A stretch of DNA of 62,930 bases, filler included. It is 6 parts of 6 records of this genome, joined end to end, with 100 filler letters (N's around TTAATTAATTAA, not from the genome) between each part and the next. Parts side by side here need not be neighbours in the genome. Positions count along the whole stretch, not along the records: positions 24,612 to 40,855 come from SRR2962707_5114; positions 40,956 to 56,254 come from SRR2962707_5119; 4 more parts are not named here. The stretch is one strand, 5' to 3'. The translations under genes and the position numbers were made by a program. Positions 31,446-41,318 of this stretch are shown piece by piece. Below the pieces are notes generated by a model. It was given only the letters and a program-made list of their open reading frames with translations, did not search any database and was not told where the DNA came from. The first letter of the stretch is position 1; the number at the start of each line of letters is the position of its first letter.

Positions 31446-32579
31446 TTATCTAGGCTGACAATTTGCCAAACGCTGGCGTTTTAGTGCGCGATGTACCGGC
31501 TGCGCCTTCTTTCCAACCGGAAAGGTAAAGTCGATTCCAGCGGTATTCGGCGTTTGCGCCCATAACCCAGCACACAATTCATCCACCGTTGTGTCATTGT
31601 CTGCCTGCAACCAACGAACAACGGCTCGCGCCACGTTAGGGTAAGATATTTGCACAACTCGACTGCTTTCAAGCCATTGCTGAATAACCTTCGCATTAAG
31701 CACTTCACTGGTTTGAGCTAACCCCAATGTTTGCAGCGCTATCATATTAGAAAGCTGTTCAATTTGCCCTTGCATGGGCTTAGCCAAAATACGCCGCCCT
31801 AATTGCAAAGCCTCTGAGTTCAACTCAAAGCCGGCATTACAAAGTACAGATTCACATTCGCTGAGGTTTTTCTGAAACTCACTCAAGCTAAAAGGGAACA
31901 CTTCTATATTCCGATACACTCCAGGATCAATGTCTTTACAGTGTAATCGAAAACGGTAGTTCGGAATGTCTTCAAGCCATTCCATCACCTCTTCGCTGTT
32001 TTCAAAAGGCAAATAAACCAACACGGTTTTCTCATAAGGCGCGCGTTTCTTTTCGTGTAAGTGCTCATCTAAGTGCACAAGCGGCGGTAAAATAGGATAA
32101 CCAAAATGGTGCCAATGAGCGCCTAGCTGGGTCGTTGAGGGCGCGAAATTTGATAAAATCCATTGCGATAAACGCTTTCCTGTATAGCGCGGAATATTAT
32201 GACAAAAGGCATATTGATGCCCAAAGCCAAGACAAGGGGTGCCTTGGCGCTTTGCCGCCCAGGCAACAATGGGCTCAAAGTCGGTAATGACTAGGTCGTA
32301 TCCCCGTGTGTTTAGCTGACGTATGTCTTTAAACAAGGTCAAAAAACGGGCCTTCTGACAGGTCGCTAAAAGGTCTAGCTGACCATTTTTAGCAACAAAG
32401 CTCAGCCCATCGAAAACACGATAGTCCCCAAACACATCCATATCAAAATAATCTGAGGCAGGCCGCCCAGAGAACACAAAATCGACCTCAACACCCGCTA
32501 ACGCAAACTCCGCGGCCATCGAGCGCGCTCGTGTAATATGACCATTCCCTGTGCCTTGAACACCGTACAGTATTTTCAC
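31446..32579 (-). CDS. MJ1255/VC2487 family glycosyltransferase
   Basis: True start is GTG 32579, overlapping the PAP2 TGA. MKILYGVQGTGNGHITRAR, ITDFEP, CNAGFEL, GQIEQLSN. Confidence 0.88.
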   Translation of the reverse strand: MKILYGVQGTGNGHITRARSMAAEFALAGVEVDFVFSGRPASDYFDMDVFGDYRVFDGLSFVAKNGQLDLLATCQKARFLTLFKDIRQLNTRGYDLVITDFEPIVAWAAKRQGTPCLGFGHQYAFCHNIPRYTGKRLSQWILSNFAPSTTQLGAHWHHFGYPILPPLVHLDEHLHEKKRAPYEKTVLVYLPFENSEEVMEWLEDIPNYRFRLHCKDIDPGVYRNIEVFPFSLSEFQKNLSECESVLCNAGFELNSEALQLGRRILAKPMQGQIEQLSNMIALQTLGLAQTSEVLNAKVIQQWLESSRVVQISYPNVARAVVRWLQADNDTTVDELCAGLWAQTPNTAGIDFTFPVGKKAQPVHRALKRQRLANCQPR

Positions 32580-33091
32580 ACTAACACCCCTATCATCAAG
32601 GCCGCACAGCCTGTGCCAAGTAACGCGCCCATCACGGTATCGGTCGGAAAATGCACGCCCAAGAAAATACGCGACAAACCAACTTGAGACGCCCAAACGT
32701 AAAGGTAAAGAGCAAAATCCGGAAAGGCGTCACAAAGACAATAAGCAACAAAAAAAGCCCCTGAGGTATGACCAGAAGGAAACGAGAATTGATCCGAAGG
32801 CACGATGAAACTTTTAAAGTTATCGAGCGCATCCGCAGGTCGATTCCGCTTAAAACCACGCTTTAAAATAAGATATAAACTGCGCTCAAGAAGAAACCCT
32901 AACGCCAAAGCTGACGCGAGCGCCGAAAAGCCAAAAGCCCACAAAACGATGGCAATCAATACATAAAGGGGGCCATCAGCGCTAAAGGAAATCGCTCTGC
33001 TAACTCTAGCCAATGCAATGCGATGCTTACGCGCCATACACCAAGAAAAGGCATGTACATCGACGGCGTGTATGTTTTGAAGAATGTTCAT
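32576..33091 (-). CDS. PAP2 family lipid phosphatase
   Basis: K..KRNRP, SFPSGH, SRIFLGVHFPTD; start ATG 33091. Confidence 0.9.
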   Translation of the reverse strand: MNILQNIHAVDVHAFSWCMARKHRIALARVSRAISFSADGPLYVLIAIVLWAFGFSALASALALGFLLERSLYLILKRGFKRNRPADALDNFKSFIVPSDQFSFPSGHTSGAFFVAYCLCDAFPDFALYLYVWASQVGLSRIFLGVHFPTDTVMGALLGTGCAALMIGVLV

Positions 33092-33159
33092 TTTTCCACC
33101 TCTCTTGTTGATCATAGTTTCAACATAAGGCAGCAAAATGTCATTTACGCTTCAGTTAG

Positions 33160-33177
33160 ATGACAACTTTGTGACGA
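33160..33177 (-). promoter_or_regulatory. Pho box upstream of the PAP2-glycosyltransferase operon
   Basis: Minus strand TCGTCAC-AAAG-TTGTCAT: two GTCAY units at 11-bp spacing, matching the PhoB consensus CTGTCAT-A(A/T)A(A/T)-CTGTCAY. Confidence 0.65.
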
Positions 33178-33180
33178 CAT

Positions 33181-33210
33181 AAAAACGCCCTGCTTTATGG
33201 CAAGGCGTTT
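33181..33210 (-). terminator. Terminator of pldA
   Basis: AAAACGCC..TGC-loop-GCAAGGCGTTT hairpin, with a T-run on the minus strand. Confidence 0.55.
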
Positions 33211-33242
33211 AGATCATCGAACAAGGCAGGTATTGATAACGA

Positions 33243-34250
33243 TTAAAACCAATTGGTTAACATTATGCCGACACCCAGCGTTTGAGAGGACTCATCATAG
33301 CCAAGTAACGATTGGCCGTAGCCATTAAAATATTGCACATAACCTCTCGATTTCCCCCACAACGGAAACGTAAAGCCAACTTCTATCGCCCCTTTGTTCT
33401 CGGAAGATCGTAGATTATTACGTAACATCACATCGATACTGTAATCATCAATGGCATGAAAGACTCTGAACTCACCATAACCAAGGTATTTTTCAATATC
33501 AGGGTTATCGTCTTCCTCTTCGCTTTCAGGAATCCGATACCAAGGCTTGATTGAGTACGCGGTATCGCCATGCTCAAACGTAATATCCACATACAAACGG
33601 TTCCAAGAGCGAGATAAACTGTCGGATTGACCATTAGATTGGTGATCAAAACCGTAACTCACATAGCTTGGTTTGATATTAAGAAAATCAAAGCGAGGTT
33701 GGGTCACTATGAACACTTCTGGCTCATAGTTGGTATCACGAAACGGCGCGGAAATAGCCCCGTTGTATGCCTGCCAATAGGACTGCTGAGTATAAGCAAA
33801 CCATAGGCTGGTGTTTTTTCCGACTATATTATAGGCGACGGGAAATTTGAAACTGAGCTGAAACTTAAACTCAACTTTATCTAAGTCTTCATCGTCCGCT
33901 TTATCCCCCAAAAATGCCGTTTCATTCGGATGTGGATTAAAAGTAAACGGAAGAAAGTAATTGGGCCTATGTGGCGTTAATACAAAGGGATTATTAGAAG
34001 AGTCCCTTTCCCGGGATGTTCGCTGTTCCACCAGCCCATCAGACGCTTTGGCTCGCTGGGTGATCGTATCAGGGACTTTCGGCTCTTCAGGCGTATAATC
34101 GTCATCATTTTCCGCTTCACTAGCCTGCTGGCTAGCTGGCTGTTTGTTGTCGATATTTAATGCCGCACGCTCTTCATCAGACTCAACAGAATCTATTTGT
34201 GCATAGAGCATAACGGGGAAACACAAAACCCATAACAGCATAACTTTCAT
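33243..34250 (-). CDS. pldA: Outer membrane phospholipase A
   Basis: KFQLSFK, YTQQSYWQ, FRDTNYEPE, HQSNG catalytic motif, SRSWNR, YFNGYG. Confidence 0.93.
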   Translation of the reverse strand: MKVMLLWVLCFPVMLYAQIDSVESDEERAALNIDNKQPASQQASEAENDDDYTPEEPKVPDTITQRAKASDGLVEQRTSRERDSSNNPFVLTPHRPNYFLPFTFNPHPNETAFLGDKADDEDLDKVEFKFQLSFKFPVAYNIVGKNTSLWFAYTQQSYWQAYNGAISAPFRDTNYEPEVFIVTQPRFDFLNIKPSYVSYGFDHQSNGQSDSLSRSWNRLYVDITFEHGDTAYSIKPWYRIPESEEEDDNPDIEKYLGYGEFRVFHAIDDYSIDVMLRNNLRSSENKGAIEVGFTFPLWGKSRGYVQYFNGYGQSLLGYDESSQTLGVGIMLTNWF

Positions 34251-34293
34251 GAAATACTTCCTTGCCCCATAACAACCAAGCCAATGTCTTTGA

Positions 34294-34641
34294 TTAAGAT
34301 AAAATCACTTTACGGGCGTAAGTATCACGTTCCATTTCACAAACTTCAACGGTAAAGCTAACATCCACTAACGAAAACTGAGTCAAAGCGTCTAAAACCA
34401 AATGAGAAAGGGCTCTTTTTTGCTCGACTGGGCGTCCAGATAACATGCGAATTGTGACATGCACAAACGCATCTTCTTTGCCTGCAGTCATAAAGTTTTT
34501 ATACGGAAAACCACGTAATTTAACATCCGATTCAGCAAAAATCCCAGACTCTAAACAGGCTTTTTTAACGGTTTCCAGCCAATCTGCTGGCGGTACTTCT
34601 TGGTCCAAATTTTGGCTGTATTCAACAATACAATGTGGCAT
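34294..34641 (-). CDS. 5-carboxymethyl-2-hydroxymuconate isomerase (tautomerase superfamily)
   Basis: Start ATG 34641 gives the N-terminal catalytic Pro (MPHCIVEYS); FVHVTIRMLSGR. Confidence 0.85.
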   Translation of the reverse strand: MPHCIVEYSQNLDQEVPPADWLETVKKACLESGIFAESDVKLRGFPYKNFMTAGKEDAFVHVTIRMLSGRPVEQKRALSHLVLDALTQFSLVDVSFTVEVCEMERDTYARKVILS

Positions 34642-34717
34642 TTTCGCCCTCTTCTTAGCATTATATAAGACGGATAACGAGGCCTCTGATAACACATCAG
34701 AAACAACTCATTGCAAG

Positions 34718-35650
34718 TTAATAACCTATGTTCACATCCACTATTTGAGGCATTTCTCCCCGCTCTCGGTATCGTCGAATATTGTTGGCGACGATCTGAC
34801 TCGCACTGGCCGGATGAGTAGGTGCAGATACATGCGGCAGCACACTGATATTAGGATGCTGCCAATAAGGATGATTCTGAGGCAACGGTTCTTGTGTAAA
34901 CACATCTAACACAGCATGAGACACTTGTTTATCCAACGCAGACAACAAAGCTTGCTCATCAATAATGGCACCACGAGCAAAGTTAATAATACTCGAGTTT
35001 TGCGGCAAATAAGCAAGAGTGTCTTGGTTCAGAATGCCTCTGGTTTGCTCTGTCAGTGGCAACAAGCAGATAAGAATATCACTTTGGCGCAATAATTCAT
35101 AAAGCCCTTCTTGACCATGAAAACAGGAAACACCTTGAATGGTTTTAGGACGGCGACTCCAGCCTGATACTTCGAAGCCGTTTTCTTTCAAACGTAAGGC
35201 GCTGGTTTTCCCTAGCTCCCCTAACCCTAGCACACTGATACGACGATCCTGAGCGCGCACCATAGGTCGTTGCCGCCAGTCTTTTCGTTCCTGCTGTTCT
35301 TGATAAGCGTACATTTCTCGATGTAAAAACAAGCTCCATGCTAACACCGCCTCTGACATGGTGCTGGCCAACTCTGGATCGATTAAACGCACAATCGAAA
35401 AACGCGGCCGATCCAGCTCCATCACCATTCTTTCCACACCTGCCCACACACTGTGAACCCATTTTAGCTCAGGCAATGCCAATAGTTCACTAGGATCTGG
35501 GTTCGCTACAATGGCCAGTTCACAAGTGTTTTTTTGCTCTTCACTCAGCTCAGCAAACGGCATGATGTGCTCTTCTGGCAGCGCTTTGGCGAGGGCCTTT
35601 ACCCATAACCTTTGCTCTGTTTGTGGCGCTCGGCTAACAAAAGGAATCAT
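34718..35650 (-). CDS. ghrA: Glyoxylate/hydroxypyruvate reductase A-like D-2-hydroxyacid dehydrogenase
   Basis: WAGVE, GLGELG, LLPLT..T, INFARG, LDVF..EPLP, PHVSA. Confidence 0.85.
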   Translation of the reverse strand: MIPFVSRAPQTEQRLWVKALAKALPEEHIMPFAELSEEQKNTCELAIVANPDPSELLALPELKWVHSVWAGVERMVMELDRPRFSIVRLIDPELASTMSEAVLAWSLFLHREMYAYQEQQERKDWRQRPMVRAQDRRISVLGLGELGKTSALRLKENGFEVSGWSRRPKTIQGVSCFHGQEGLYELLRQSDILICLLPLTEQTRGILNQDTLAYLPQNSSIINFARGAIIDEQALLSALDKQVSHAVLDVFTQEPLPQNHPYWQHPNISVLPHVSAPTHPASASQIVANNIRRYRERGEMPQIVDVNIGY

Positions 35651-35879
35651 TTGACGTGCTCCCGAGCGGTCTCTTTAAACCCTTTGCGCTTAATGGCATG
35701 GCCACTTGGGATTTTAAAGAACAGCCTGGATTCTAATGAGGTAACACAATCTGCGTAATGACATAAAACGCACATATTGACTCCTAGCAAAAAAGAAATG
35801 GCTGAGATGTCTCTCAACCATTTATAAAAATATTACGCTAGAAAATACAGTACTGAGCTAAAAAGTAAATGCCCGTAGG

Positions 35880-37181
35880 CTAAGTCGTGGAGCCAGTAGC
35901 AGTAACATTACTAGGAGATGATTCAGCGGCCTCAGTCGTCATCTTCTCATCGATCAAGCTGGCATTGCGCAATGAACGAAAGCCTATAGACATCAATGCT
36001 GTTAAGCCCGCACAACCAAGTCCTAGTGCAAGCACACTGTTAATTGGCGTGAGTACCTTAGCCAACACACCTACCCCTAAGGAGCCTACTGAATCCCCTA
36101 CCACATCTTGGGCTGTCCAAAAGCTACCAATACGGCCAAGCATATGATCCGGTGTATGCCCTTGAACTATGGTGTATTGCAGCAAACCACCGATCGACCC
36201 AAAATAACCAAACACCGCCAACATCACCAGCATAGGCACAAAGTAACTACTCACCCCCAAGACTGCCACACTGATAAAGGAGCCAAATGCCATGGCTAAC
36301 ATCACCAACCCTGGACGCTTTACATTGCGCACCCAGCCACTGGTCAAAGCGGCTATAATCGCTCCGACTGGTACCGCCGAGTACATTAGTCCAACTTCAA
36401 AAGCACCGCCGCCAAATGCAGCAAGGGCAAGTGCTGGAAACAAAATTCGAATCGACTTTGTCATCGCCTCTAGCGTGCCAAGCAATACCACACTGCGTAT
36501 GACTTTGTGACGCAAAACAAACTGAAAGCCGCCCAATAAAAAACGTACTGGATGCTGTTCCTCTGTTTCTTTCTCAGGCTTCATGCTAGGTAAAAACACC
36601 AAGGACAATAACGTACACAAGGTCCCTGCTGCCGCTAAACTGTAATTCCATGTGACACCCCAAGCGACAATCACTAAGCCCGCCAATGCAGGGGATATCA
36701 CCGACCCTATGCGCACAACCAACATACTTAAAGCCCCAGCGGTGGGTAAGTTTTCACGGCCAACAAGGTGCGGAATAGACGCCAATAAGGCGGTCATCCC
36801 CAGGGCGCTAAAAAAGCCATCCCATAATGAAATAGCATAAACCGCCCATACGGAGGGGGCAGATAAGTAACTATTAAGCGCTAAGAAGATAAAACCAACC
36901 CCACAGATCCCTCGAGAAAATAGGATCAATTTTCGTCTGTCATACCGGTCGGCCAACACCCCGCCTAACATCAAGCCCACAAACATACCTATGCCATCCA
37001 AGGCGACAGCATAGCCTACTTGTAAACTGGAACCGGTTAACTGGTAAATTTGAATCGGTACCGCCACATTCAACATACCAATACCAAGTACCGACATTAG
37101 CCGTGCTATAAAAATAGCGCGAAAACTTTTGTTGGTTTTTAACAAACTAAAATCCAACAAAAAATGCTTTTTCGTCATCAT
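35880..37181 (-). CDS. entS: Catechol siderophore exporter EntS (MFS)
   Basis: LLDFSLLK.N..FRAIFIAR, GGVLADRYDRRKLILFSR, TPDHMLGRI..WTAQDVVGD. Confidence 0.85.
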   Translation of the reverse strand: MMTKKHFLLDFSLLKTNKSFRAIFIARLMSVLGIGMLNVAVPIQIYQLTGSSLQVGYAVALDGIGMFVGLMLGGVLADRYDRRKLILFSRGICGVGFIFLALNSYLSAPSVWAVYAISLWDGFFSALGMTALLASIPHLVGRENLPTAGALSMLVVRIGSVISPALAGLVIVAWGVTWNYSLAAAGTLCTLLSLVFLPSMKPEKETEEQHPVRFLLGGFQFVLRHKVIRSVVLLGTLEAMTKSIRILFPALALAAFGGGAFEVGLMYSAVPVGAIIAALTSGWVRNVKRPGLVMLAMAFGSFISVAVLGVSSYFVPMLVMLAVFGYFGSIGGLLQYTIVQGHTPDHMLGRIGSFWTAQDVVGDSVGSLGVGVLAKVLTPINSVLALGLGCAGLTALMSIGFRSLRNASLIDEKMTTEAAESSPSNVTATGSTT

Positions 37182-37226
37182 CACTCTCAAAACAATAACG
37201 CTATCATTAGCATGATAGCGACCTAG

Positions 37227-38540
37227 TTAGGCACTAGGTGGTAAAAGTGCGACAAGCCCTTTTACCAAACTAGAGCGCCATGCGAGCCAATCATGCCCGC
37301 CACAAAAGCGATCATAAATAAGCCTTGCTGGTTGGTTAGCGAAAGTGACTAAACGATCCGCTTCTAACGCGGCCAACATATTCTCGTTATAACGATTCAT
37401 ATCGCCTTCGCCACTACCCACACTCATGAAAATGTCTAAATGTGACGCCTTTAGTTGGCCCAATTGGAGTTGAGCGGATAGACTATTCGGCGGTGTATAA
37501 GCAAGAAGAGTTGGATCACAAGGTAATTCTCGATTCACGTCAGGCCACCAAAATGACCCAGACAAGCTAATAACCTTTTGCACCTTCTTAGGCCAATGTA
37601 AGCCTGCATATAATGCAGCCAAACCACCTAAACTTTGCCCTGCAACCAAGGTCGTTGAAACCCTATCTAGCTGAACGCCATGCTGCTGTGCCAGAGGAAA
37701 CAGCTCATCAAATACCGCTTGCCAAAAATCGCTATGGCAGGAAAGTTCAGACCAGCGTACCTTGCCATCAATAGAATCAATCAATAAGTACTGAGCGGGG
37801 GCAATACGCTGCTGCTGAGTCAAATACTCTAATACTGCTGGAGTGCCTGATGACGTCGCCCATTTTTGACCGTCTAACAAAATCACTAACGGTTTAGAAT
37901 CAGACTCCTCACCAGTTTGAAAGGCATAAATTGACCGTGAGTTTTCCAATACTGTGCTGTCCCAAGAAAATGTCATGACTCGATCACTAGGCACAGTAAG
38001 TTCACCACTATCCCACTGCGGCCAACCAAGCTCACTTTCTGCATTAGGCAAATGCAATGCTGAGGTTTTGCCATCGATTGAAATAGGAAAAGGGTTTAAT
38101 AAATCCGGCAAGGCCTGATCCATTATCGAGATGTACCAACGACGCTGGGCTTGTGATGAACCATCACTCTTAGAAAAAGCAAGATGAGGCATTTGTTCAT
38201 AGGTTAAAGGAATAAAGGAATAACTACCACGCCAAGTCGATTCAACACAGATTTGCTTATGCCAAACATTAGTACCGGCCACTCGAGCTAGCGATACCGG
38301 CTCCCAACTGTGATGGTCAGTCACTGAGTTTATTTGCAATAAAACTTGTGCAACAGAAGACTGAGACTCATTTCCTAAGGGATCTTGCCAAAAAAAAGTC
38401 ACCTTTGCAGTACCACTTTTATGATCCATTATGATCGGGCACCCCCACAACGTTAAACTCTGCCACCAGACATCTGAACCGATATTACTAGCCGCTAAAA
38501 ACGCTTTAGCTTTCGAATTAAGCACTAAATTCACATCCAT
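37227..38540 (-). CDS. fes: Enterochelin esterase
   Basis: Start ATG 38540. VTFFWQDP, WRGSYSFIP, LLDG, GQSLGG nucleophile, SGSFWWP, GGHDW. Confidence 0.9.
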   Translation of the reverse strand: MDVNLVLNSKAKAFLAASNIGSDVWWQSLTLWGCPIIMDHKSGTAKVTFFWQDPLGNESQSSVAQVLLQINSVTDHHSWEPVSLARVAGTNVWHKQICVESTWRGSYSFIPLTYEQMPHLAFSKSDGSSQAQRRWYISIMDQALPDLLNPFPISIDGKTSALHLPNAESELGWPQWDSGELTVPSDRVMTFSWDSTVLENSRSIYAFQTGEESDSKPLVILLDGQKWATSSGTPAVLEYLTQQQRIAPAQYLLIDSIDGKVRWSELSCHSDFWQAVFDELFPLAQQHGVQLDRVSTTLVAGQSLGGLAALYAGLHWPKKVQKVISLSGSFWWPDVNRELPCDPTLLAYTPPNSLSAQLQLGQLKASHLDIFMSVGSGEGDMNRYNENMLAALEADRLVTFANQPARLIYDRFCGGHDWLAWRSSLVKGLVALLPPSA

Positions 38541-38568
38541 TTTTCCTAATAAGCAAAAAACCAACGCA

Positions 38569-38605
38569 AATGTTATTGATAATCACTTTCATTATCAATA
38601 GCATT
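38569..38605. promoter_or_regulatory. Fur box in the divergent fes / TonB receptor promoter
   Basis: GATAATCACTTTCATTATC (38578-38596) matches 15/19 of GATAATGATAATCATTATC, inside a 37-bp near-palindrome. Confidence 0.85.
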
Positions 38606-38740
38606 ACTATACATTTACACAATTCAACAAAGCTCTCATATAAATATGCAGCGTCATAACAAGTTTGCGTAAAGCAATAACAAAGACTTTCTAATGGAAG
38701 TTTTTGATTTCAATCAAACCAAATAAGGAATGCTCTTCAG

Positions 38741-40819
38741 ATGTGTAACACGAATTTTTTCCCACGCGTTAATGTGCCTTACCGCTTGTCCGTAGTCGCA
38801 ATGGCGGTTATTGGTATCAATGCAGTAACCCTGTCAAATAGTGTTTGGGCTGAGGATGCGATTAACCTTGATGCTATTACCGTTACGGGTGAAAAAGTCG
38901 ATAAAGACATAAAAGACACCACAACAGCGGTGACTGTTATCACTGAAGATCAATACGAGAGCGGCAAGAAGAAAGATATCAACGATATCATCACTGAAGC
39001 ACCGAACGTGACTACTGGTGCTTTTGGTACAGTCAATATCCGTGGCGTAAACAGTGCCGGCGCAGCGATTGGCGCGAATGCCTTTATGACAGGCGGTAGC
39101 CCTCGTGTCTCTACTGTTGTTGATGGCATCACTGAAACTTGGGGGGGCTATAACTTCAACCCAACAGATGTTTGGGATTCCAAGCAAGTTGAAGTATTAC
39201 GTGGTCCACAATCCACCTCACAAGGTGACAATGCCATTGGCGGGGCTGTGGTTCTTGAAACAAATGACCCGACAAACTACACAGAAGCGTCGGTTCGTGC
39301 CGGTTTAGAAAGCTATGACAACGGCAATATTAAGCATAACGTGGCAGCCATGGTTTCTGGGCCTCTGGTTAAAGATGAACTTTCCGCTCGCGTCGCGATA
39401 GATCACACTAAAGGGGATGGTTACATTGATTATGAAGATGATGACGGTGATGGTGAAGATCTAAGTGAATCAGAATCTCTAAATGCTCGAGTCAAACTAT
39501 TATGGACACCAAGCAGCATCGAAGGATTGAGAGTTAAAGTCACAGGTGTACACCGTGAAAACGATGGTGAATACTTGAATTGGGTGAATAATAGCAATTA
39601 CGGCACCACAAACAGAGTACGTGTTCTTAATGCTGATGATAATGAAAATACTCGAACCCAAGACTCTCAAGTTAACAGTATTAGTACTAATATTGATTAT
39701 GATATAAGCGAAGAAGTTAAAAACCAGCTTCAAATTAGCTACAACGATTACACAGCATCATTCCAACAATACCCAGATGACTTAGAGCTTACATTAACAG
39801 AGAAGAAAACAACGATGGAAAACAAGGTGATCTTCTCACCAAATGATTCCAAACTTTCCGGTTTTTTTGGCTTCTATGTATCTCAAGCAGATTCTACCCT
39901 AGAAGTTCTTTCTGAAGGCAGCTCAGCTTATGATTCAGATGGGACAAAAACTAACGTAGCTGGCTTTGGTGAAATCACTTATGCCGCAACAGATAAGTGG
40001 GATATAACAGCAGGTTCACGCCTTGAGCATGAAAAACAGGATCGCGACCTCACTGTTTATACAAACCTACTGGAAGACAATACCGAAGACACTTACTTTT
40101 TACCTAAAGTTTCCACGACTTATGACATCACTGAAGCGACAACATTAGGCGCTTCCGTCACTAAAGGTTATAACTCAGGCGGCGCAGCTCTTCAGTGGTG
40201 GGACGGTACATCCAGTTCATGGGAGTACTACACATTTGATCCTGAAACCGTCATTACTTATGAGATAAGCAGTAAGACACGCCTTAATAACAAGCTCACA
40301 ATTAACGCCAGTGCTTTCTACAATGATTACAATGACTATCAAGCTTACACTGATTATAAGTTAGAGAACGTTAAGAAGGCTCACACTTACGGTGCTGAAA
40401 TTGAAATTGTAGCATTAGCCACAAAAACGCTGGAACTAAGAGCGTCTGCCGGTACACTGAAAACTAAAGTAGATGAAACCAGTAGTGACACCAGCAGCTG
40501 GCAAGGTAATGAGCTGTCCTACTCTCCTGACTTGAATGTTGGCTTAGGTTTTACCAAGTACATTGGACAAAGCTGGTCTATCGGAGCGGACTCTACTTAC
40601 GTCACCTCTTACTACTCAGACATGGATAATACAGCCAGTCAAAAAGCCGGTAATTACGTAACAACCAATGCTTTTTTACAATACACATATGACGATCTAA
40701 CGATCAACGGTTACATCAACAACTTAACCAACGAAGATATTATTTACCAAAGAAATGATACAACAGCCTCTATCGGTGCTTCTCGCACAATCGGTCTAAG
40801 CGCAACTTACCGCCTGTAA
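38741..40819 (+). CDS. TonB-dependent siderophore receptor
   Basis: Signal peptide, TonB box DAITVTG, plug motif VEVLRGPQST..G.NAIGGAV, C-terminal NNLTNE...RTIGLSATYRL. Confidence 0.92.
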   Translation: MCNTNFFPRVNVPYRLSVVAMAVIGINAVTLSNSVWAEDAINLDAITVTGEKVDKDIKDTTTAVTVITEDQYESGKKKDINDIITEAPNVTTGAFGTVNIRGVNSAGAAIGANAFMTGGSPRVSTVVDGITETWGGYNFNPTDVWDSKQVEVLRGPQSTSQGDNAIGGAVVLETNDPTNYTEASVRAGLESYDNGNIKHNVAAMVSGPLVKDELSARVAIDHTKGDGYIDYEDDDGDGEDLSESESLNARVKLLWTPSSIEGLRVKVTGVHRENDGEYLNWVNNSNYGTTNRVRVLNADDNENTRTQDSQVNSISTNIDYDISEEVKNQLQISYNDYTASFQQYPDDLELTLTEKKTTMENKVIFSPNDSKLSGFFGFYVSQADSTLEVLSEGSSAYDSDGTKTNVAGFGEITYAATDKWDITAGSRLEHEKQDRDLTVYTNLLEDNTEDTYFLPKVSTTYDITEATTLGASVTKGYNSGGAALQWWDGTSSSWEYYTFDPETVITYEISSKTRLNNKLTINASAFYNDYNDYQAYTDYKLENVKKAHTYGAEIEIVALATKTLELRASAGTLKTKVDETSSDTSSWQGNELSYSPDLNVGLGFTKYIGQSWSIGADSTYVTSYYSDMDNTASQKAGNYVTTNAFLQYTYDDLTINGYINNLTNEDIIYQRNDTTASIGASRTIGLSATYRL

Positions 40820-40825
40820 TAGATT

Positions 40826-40855
40826 TTTAGGAGGTAAAGGGATTTAGGAGGTAAA
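40826..40855. repeat. Direct repeat TTTAGGAGGTAAA x2 at contig end
   Basis: Copies at 40826-40838 and 40843-40855 (17-nt period). Confidence 0.7.
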
Positions 40856-40955
40856 NNNNNNNNNNNNNNNNNNNNNNNNNNNNNNNNNNNNNNNNNNNNT
40901 TAATTAATTAANNNNNNNNNNNNNNNNNNNNNNNNNNNNNNNNNNNNNNNNNNNN
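40856..40955. other. Artificial contig linker
   Basis: Same spacer. Confidence 0.98.
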
Positions 40956-41318
40956 CATATTGCGGGTATATTGCTCATGGCCCGGTGTATCTGCGACGAT
41001 GAATTTGCGCTTATCCGTGGAGAAAAAGCGATAAGCCACATCAATAGTGATGCCCTGCTCGCGCTCTGATGCAAGACCATCAACGAGCAGTGCGAAGTCT
41101 ATATTATCGCCTTGCGTGCCGCTTTTGCGGCTATCGGCTTCTAGCGCAGCCAATTGATCTTCAAAGATCATCTTTGATTCATAAAGCAGACGGCCGATTA
41201 GGGTCGATTTGCCATCGTCTACCGAACCACAGGTGATAAAACGCAAGAGCGACTTTTCTTCGTGGCTTTTAAGATAAGCGGCGATGTCGCTGGCGATAAG
41301 GTCTGATTGGTGGACCAT
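40956..41318 (-). CDS. cysN: Sulfate adenylyltransferase GTPase subunit (CysN/CysNC, NodQ-like), 3' truncated
   Basis: [46 protein letters not shown] overlap with cysD. Confidence 0.93.
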
